Shown here piece by piece: positions 59,297-64,000 of a stretch of DNA of 64,000 nucleotides. The notes under the pieces were generated by a model that saw nothing but the letters and a program-made list of their open reading frames with translations, searched no databases and was not told the DNA's origin. Made by a program: the position numbers and the translations under genes. Position 1 is the stretch's first letter. Each line of letters starts with the position of its first letter. This stretch comes from an uncultured delta proteobacterium (GTDB lineage Bacteria; Desulfobacterota; Desulfobacteria; Desulfobacterales; QNYZ01). The stretch spans positions 128,001-192,000 of the forward strand of contig CAWJQU010000004.1 of the NCBI GenBank assembly GCA_963845145.1, written 5' to 3'.

Positions 59297-59994
59297 TGGA
59301 AGGACCCACCCGCGATCGAAATGGTATCGCACACTCCGCAGATCATGTGTCCATCCGTCTATCACAATCCCGGCGGGTCCTGTCCTCGGCACCTTTTAAC
59401 GGTGGATTGGTCGATGCCGATCATCTTCTTATTATGAATGTGCCGGACAATTTCAACGGGGCCAAAGGGCCGTTTGAACCGTTGGAAGAAACATTTAAAA
59501 ACTATTGTCGCCAAAAGAAGTGGTCGGGGATTACCGTGGGCATGATGACCTCGGCAAAAATGACCTCTTTTATGAGCGTTCGTCGCGAAAGCGGCGGCGT
59601 TGAAATCTTAGTGCTGGTTACCGCCGGGGTTTCCAATGCCCGCCGGGCCGGCGATCCGGCAGAGCATCGCCGCTTTGATTCGGTTCAAATGACCACCGGA
59701 ACGATCAACATCATCGTTTTAACCAGTGCGGCTCTGACACCAGCTGCGCAAGTTGAAGCGGTCATGGTTGTGACTGAGGCCAAGGCGGCCCTCATGCAGG
59801 ACCTGTCGGTGACCAGTCCGGTGAGCGGGAAGGTCGCCACCGGCACCGGCACCGATGCCATCGCTATCGTCAATGGATTCACGCCCCCCGAAATTTCGTT
59901 TTGCGGTAAGCATACCCTGTTTGGTGAAATGTTGGCCTCGGCTGTCATGGAAGCCCTGACCGACTCGCTGGCGGAAAGAACTGAGACGGTATAA
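59293..59994 (+). CDS. cbiZ: Adenosylcobinamide amidohydrolase
   Basis: LSSAPFNGG, GMMTSA, TAGVSN, GTINI, TEAKA, ATGTGTD; next to B12 riboswitch and btu genes. Confidence 0.88.
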   Translation: MMEGPTRDRNGIAHSADHVSIRLSQSRRVLSSAPFNGGLVDADHLLIMNVPDNFNGAKGPFEPLEETFKNYCRQKKWSGITVGMMTSAKMTSFMSVRRESGGVEILVLVTAGVSNARRAGDPAEHRRFDSVQMTTGTINIIVLTSAALTPAAQVEAVMVVTEAKAALMQDLSVTSPVSGKVATGTGTDAIAIVNGFTPPEISFCGKHTLFGEMLASAVMEALTDSLAERTETV

Positions 59995-60046
59995 ATCCAT
60001 GCATATGGCTCTTGACTTTTAAACCGGCACCGGGTACCACGCAAGT

Positions 60047-60232
60047 TCTTGCCGGTTTCGCGAAATGCGAATAATAGGGAACCCTGTTTAAATCAGGGAC
60101 GGGCCCGCCGCTGTAATCCTGCCTTTTACACCATGTAAAAGGAACCCTGTCGGCCACGTTGCCACTGTTTCAGTTGGATGAAATGGGAAGGCTGCCGACG
60201 GGGCGGGAGAGTCAGAAGACCTGCCTGCAAGA
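60047..60232 (+). ncRNA. Cobalamin (AdoCbl) riboswitch
   Basis: aatagggaa (60073), gcccgccgctgtaa, gccactg (60161), tgggaagg (60184), B12 box agtcagaagacctgcc (60210-60225); upstream of btuB. Confidence 0.92.
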
Positions 60233-60372
60233 GGGAGATGTTTTCCGAGGACATGAGGGCATCGCCATGGGTCGGATTCAAGGTAAAATCGGGACATCCT
60301 GGATCGATTATTCATTAATTGGTTCGGGATTTTTTGTTTCCGGACCAGGGGAAAGCATGAAAAGGGGGAAAA

Positions 60373-62355
60373 ATGGGAAACGTTCAATCTGCTTTCATTC
60401 CGGTCGTTGGTTTTTTACTGGCAGGTGTTATTTTTGCGAATCCGACAATGGCTGAATCGAATCCGGTTCTTGACGAGATCGTGGTAACGGACAGCCGCAT
60501 CGAAGAAAAGAAAAAGTACGTCTCCACCAACATCACCACCATCACCGCGGAAGACCTCAAACAATCACCGGCCCGAAATCTGGGAGAACTCCTGGCTGAA
60601 AAAGGTATCGGGCATATTCAGAGGTATCCGGGGGCGAACACCTCCATGGGTATTCGCGGGTTTAAAAACGATTCCCATGGCAATGACCTAAAGGGAAAAG
60701 TACTGGTATTGATCAATGGTCGCAGGGCGGGTACGGGCAATGTCGCTAAGATTTTGACCAAAAACGTTGAGCGGATTGAAATTTTGCGCGGCCCCGGTGC
60801 GGTGCAATACGGCTCGGCGGGTATGGGGGGCGTGGTCAATGTCATTACGCGGCAAGGTGCCAAAAATGGCGCATCGATCGATATCGGCTACGGTAGTTTC
60901 GAAGAGATGAAAGCCTCTCTGGGCGGCACCGCCAAAAAAGGCGCGTTCGACTTTTCCGGCGCGGTTGATTACACATCCCACGATGATTATAAAACCGGGG
61001 GTGGAGATCGTTATAAAAATACCGGGCTGGACAGCCAGGTTGATTACAGTTTCAACGGGGGCTATACCCTGTTTCCGAATAATCGGATATCGATTGTATT
61101 AAACGGGGTGGATGTGGATGGCGCAGGAAATCCGGGTTATTTGAGCCAGAATGATCTGGATAATTATACCGATAAAAAGAATGTGTCGGGAGATCTGTCG
61201 TATCAGGGCGGCGATGCTACCGGAAAATTTACCTGGTTGGCCCGATACTTTAGGGGAAAAGATGAAGATAAGTGGTTCGATCCGGTGGAGAGCAATCCGA
61301 CCGGGTATGATAACGGTATTCCTGCCGAGCGTGAAACCGATCAGCAAGGGGCACAGTTACAAGTCAGCACACGCTTTAAACCGCTGGCGCTGACGGCGGG
61401 CCTGGACTGGGTTGAATATGACATCGATGCGAGCTGGACACCCCAACGTACCGAGTATGACAATCTGGCGGGCTTTTTGTTGGCCAAGGGTTTTCTGTTT
61501 GACGAGCGGCTCATCCTCTCCGGTGGGGTACGCTATGATACCTACGATGTGGAAGTGGTGGAACCGGCCGGCCGCAGCGAGGATGACAATCAGTTTACAC
61601 CATCTGTGGGTATTGTCTGGCTACCGGCGGAAACCCTGAAATTAAGGGCACGGTATGCCGAAGCCTTTGTGATGCCCGGTGCCGATCAACTGGCCTCGGA
61701 TCATGTCAGTTTCGGCCGCCGGGTGGTGGGCAATCCCAACTTGAAACCGGAAACCAGCGACACCTGGGAATTGGGGTTTGATTACAATCCCGGTCCGCTA
61801 AATACTTCATTGACCTGGTTTTCCACCGATTTTTCCGATAAGATCGATTTCACCGCCACGGACGACGGGGCATCTACCTGGGAAAACCTGGGCAGCGCTT
61901 CGATTTCCGGCTTCGAAGGGGAAGTTTCGTTTGATTTCGGACTGCTGATGGACTGGCGGTATGAGGTGAAACCCTATGTCAATTTTACATACCTGACCGA
62001 ATTCGAGGATCACGACATCGATGACGATCTGAAATACATCAATGAAAAGCGGGCTTCCCTTGGCATTGCCGTAAGCGATTATGACGGATTTTCCGCTCGC
62101 TTGAATGTCGCTTACACCGGTGAGCAGGAAGTGGATGATTGGGAGAGTGGGACCTTTCCCACCCCGGTAGTGACGCTTGACGATTTTATCGTCACGGATT
62201 TGGCCGTGGAAAAAAGAGTTATTAAGACCGAAAAAGCCGGCGCCATCTCCCTGCGAGGAGAAGCGCGCAATATCTTTAATGAAGACTATGCCTATGTCAA
62301 AGGGTACCCCATGCCGGGACGCAGTTTTTTCGTGGGGTTAAATTGGGCGTACTGA
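60373..62355 (+). CDS. btuB: TonB-dependent cobalamin receptor
   Basis: TonB box DEIVVT, plug IRG...VLINGR...ERIEILRGP...YGS...GGVVNVIT, NPNLKPE, terminal aromatic residue; under B12 riboswitch. Confidence 0.9.
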   Translation: MGNVQSAFIPVVGFLLAGVIFANPTMAESNPVLDEIVVTDSRIEEKKKYVSTNITTITAEDLKQSPARNLGELLAEKGIGHIQRYPGANTSMGIRGFKNDSHGNDLKGKVLVLINGRRAGTGNVAKILTKNVERIEILRGPGAVQYGSAGMGGVVNVITRQGAKNGASIDIGYGSFEEMKASLGGTAKKGAFDFSGAVDYTSHDDYKTGGGDRYKNTGLDSQVDYSFNGGYTLFPNNRISIVLNGVDVDGAGNPGYLSQNDLDNYTDKKNVSGDLSYQGGDATGKFTWLARYFRGKDEDKWFDPVESNPTGYDNGIPAERETDQQGAQLQVSTRFKPLALTAGLDWVEYDIDASWTPQRTEYDNLAGFLLAKGFLFDERLILSGGVRYDTYDVEVVEPAGRSEDDNQFTPSVGIVWLPAETLKLRARYAEAFVMPGADQLASDHVSFGRRVVGNPNLKPETSDTWELGFDYNPGPLNTSLTWFSTDFSDKIDFTATDDGASTWENLGSASISGFEGEVSFDFGLLMDWRYEVKPYVNFTYLTEFEDHDIDDDLKYINEKRASLGIAVSDYDGFSARLNVAYTGEQEVDDWESGTFPTPVVTLDDFIVTDLAVEKRVIKTEKAGAISLRGEARNIFNEDYAYVKGYPMPGRSFFVGLNWAY

Positions 62356-62369
62356 TACGGGAATAACGT

Positions 62370-63251
62370 ATGAATCGATACTTTCTCAAATTGCTATTGA
62401 TGGTTCTGCTGCTCCCTTCTATGGCGGTTGCCCAAAATAGTGGGCAGAACAGTGGCCCGGATGGTGAAAAACCGGTCCGTCGGATTATCTCGCTGGGTCC
62501 CATCAATACGGAAAATGTCTATTTGCTCGGGGCCGAAGACCGCCTCATTGCCAACACGATCTATTGTGTCACCCCGCCGGCGGCCAAAGAGAAACCAAAA
62601 ATCGGAACCTTACTCCAGGCCAATATTGAGAAGATCGTCAGCCTGAAGCCGGATCTGGTTCTGGCCACCTCCCTGACACGGCCGAGACAGATCGACAAAC
62701 TGAGGCGCTTGGGGGTCAAAGTCGTCCAGTTTACCCAGCCGGCCGGTTTTGATGAAATCGGGGAGCAGTTCATCGCCTTGGGGCGCCTGCTCGATAGCGA
62801 AGACCGGGCCAGGGGGATTGTCGACGAGGCCCGTCGAGCTATCGAGGATATTCGCCAAAAAACCGATGGACAAGTAAAGAAGAAAGTATTTTTGCAAGTA
62901 GGCACGCGGCCGCTTTTTTCATCGGTTGAAAATTCCTTTACCAACGACTTTATCACCTTCGGCGGTGGACAAAATATTGCCGGCGGGAACCTGCAAGGGG
63001 TCTACAGCCGGGAAAAAGTGGTTGCGTTAAATCCGGACCTGATCATTATTGCCATTATGGGTAGCGAAGGCATATCCGGTGAAAAGGAAAAACAGAAGTG
63101 GGACCGCTTCTCATCCATCAACGCCGTCAAAAATGACAACATTTATGTCGTTGACCCCAATCTGATTTGCAGCCCGTCACCCAGCACCTTTGTTGAAGCA
63201 CTGCGGACGATTACCTCCCTTATTCACCCGGAAGTCATTCTTGATGAATAA
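62370..63251 (+). CDS. btuF: Cobalamin ABC transporter substrate-binding protein
   Basis: RIISLGPINTE, NIEKIVSLKPDLV, AVKN, SPSP. Confidence 0.85.
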   Translation: MNRYFLKLLLMVLLLPSMAVAQNSGQNSGPDGEKPVRRIISLGPINTENVYLLGAEDRLIANTIYCVTPPAAKEKPKIGTLLQANIEKIVSLKPDLVLATSLTRPRQIDKLRRLGVKVVQFTQPAGFDEIGEQFIALGRLLDSEDRARGIVDEARRAIEDIRQKTDGQVKKKVFLQVGTRPLFSSVENSFTNDFITFGGGQNIAGGNLQGVYSREKVVALNPDLIIIAIMGSEGISGEKEKQKWDRFSSINAVKNDNIYVVDPNLICSPSPSTFVEALRTITSLIHPEVILDE

Positions 63252-64000
63252 GACGCCTTCACGGATAGGAAAGGGTCTTTGTTTTTTTTTGATCCTTTTG
63301 ATCGTGCTTTTAAGCATAGTGGCGCTTGCCCTTTGTACCGGTGCGTCGTTCATTCCGATCGGTGACATGATTTCAATTCTGACGGGTAACAAAGAGAGCA
63401 GCGAATATATAATTTTGATGCATATCCGTATGCCGCGCATCATCCTCGGCTTTGCCGTGGGCGGATCACTGAGTCTGGCCGGTGCATTGTTGCAGGGGAT
63501 GTTCCGAAACCCTTTGGTGGAGCCGTATACCCTGGGTATTTCCGGGGGGGCGTCTTTGGGAGTGGCCCTCAATATTCTCTTTAAATGGTACACGGTTATC
63601 GGGACCATTGCCTACCCGATTTCCGGGTTTATCGGCGCCCTGATCGTTATGATTTTTGTCTACGGGATGAGCGTGAGACGGCAAAGCATGGGACTCCGCG
63701 ATATGTTGCTGATTGGTGTCATGGTGAGTTTCATCGCCTCTTCGGTAGTGATGCTGCTCATGGCCGTATCCAAAAGTGAAGATCTGCATGGCATCATCTT
63801 CTGGATCATGGGATCGTTGGATGAACCCAACCTGACCCTGATCTATATAGCTGTGGCCATATCACTGGGCGGGCTATTGCTCAGCCACCTGTTCTGTCTC
63901 CCTTTAAACGCCCTGAGCCTCGGTGAGGAAGGCGCCCGGCATCTTGGGGTGCGGGTGGACAATACGCGCCGATGGTTGTTTCTTCTGGCGTCTTTACTCA
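63244..64000 (+). CDS. btuC: Cobalamin ABC transporter permease, FecCD family (partial, runs off window end)
   Basis: Hand translation from ATG 63244: IRMPRIILGFAVGGSLSLAGALLQGMFRNPLVEPYTLGISGGA. Confidence 0.88.
   Translation, partial: MNKTPSRIGKGLCFFLILLIVLLSIVALALCTGASFIPIGDMISILTGNKESSEYIILMHIRMPRIILGFAVGGSLSLAGALLQGMFRNPLVEPYTLGISGGASLGVALNILFKWYTVIGTIAYPISGFIGALIVMIFVYGMSVRRQSMGLRDMLLIGVMVSFIASSVVMLLMAVSKSEDLHGIIFWIMGSLDEPNLTLIYIAVAISLGGLLLSHLFCLPLNALSLGEEGARHLGVRVDNTRRWLFLLASLL

Noticed and set aside
63282..63290. T9 homopolymer in btuC as a frameshift or phase-variation site
   Set aside because: The reading frame is intact through the run and encodes a normal Phe/Leu-rich TM segment.
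1..64000. Selenocysteine read-through, tRNA/rRNA genes, transposases, prophage or anti-phage defence genes
   Set aside because: None recognised by eye; genes ending in TGA appear complete. tRNAscan and DefenseFinder would be the decisive checks.

Overview
Gene-dense chromosomal window from an anaerobic Gram-negative bacterium, most likely a sulfate-reducing Desulfobacterota (Desulfobacterales-like). This is inferred from a complete hmcABCDEF operon with a 16-haem HmcA and from the repeat types. Contents in order: housekeeping and hydrolase genes (RNase Z-like, glnS, MEMO1-like); a CHAD-ParA-Nudix-HAD block; two zinc peptidases; the hmc operon with USP, response regulator, kinase and Rrf2 genes; a DtxR regulator divergent from feoAB; a sensor-kinase cluster; a QueG-like Fe-S protein; a MoxR triad. 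These are followed by two uncharacterised metabolic clusters. (1) 40.5-52.1 kb: a TRAP transporter resembling the ethanolamine-binding family, a choline/ethanolamine kinase, a divergent transketolase, a GntR regulator, a non-canonical transaldolase, alanine dehydrogenase and a HisC-like aminotransferase, linked by a repeated operator motif. This is the best candidate for an undescribed system: a B12-independent kinase/transaminase route that feeds an amino alcohol into sugar-phosphate metabolism. (2) 52.1-58.3 kb: a D-amino-acid cassette (class IV aminotransferase, Alr, CapA, MurI-like racemase, Ddl-like ATP-grasp ligase, N-formylglutamate amidohydrolase-like). The window ends with cbiZ, a cobalamin riboswitch and btuBFC. 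Two MITEs with target-site duplications, inverted octamer arrays, one REP and an hmcD gene missing from the ORF track were also found. No rRNA, tRNA, CRISPR array or transposase was seen. All family calls come from motif recognition by eye, not database searches.
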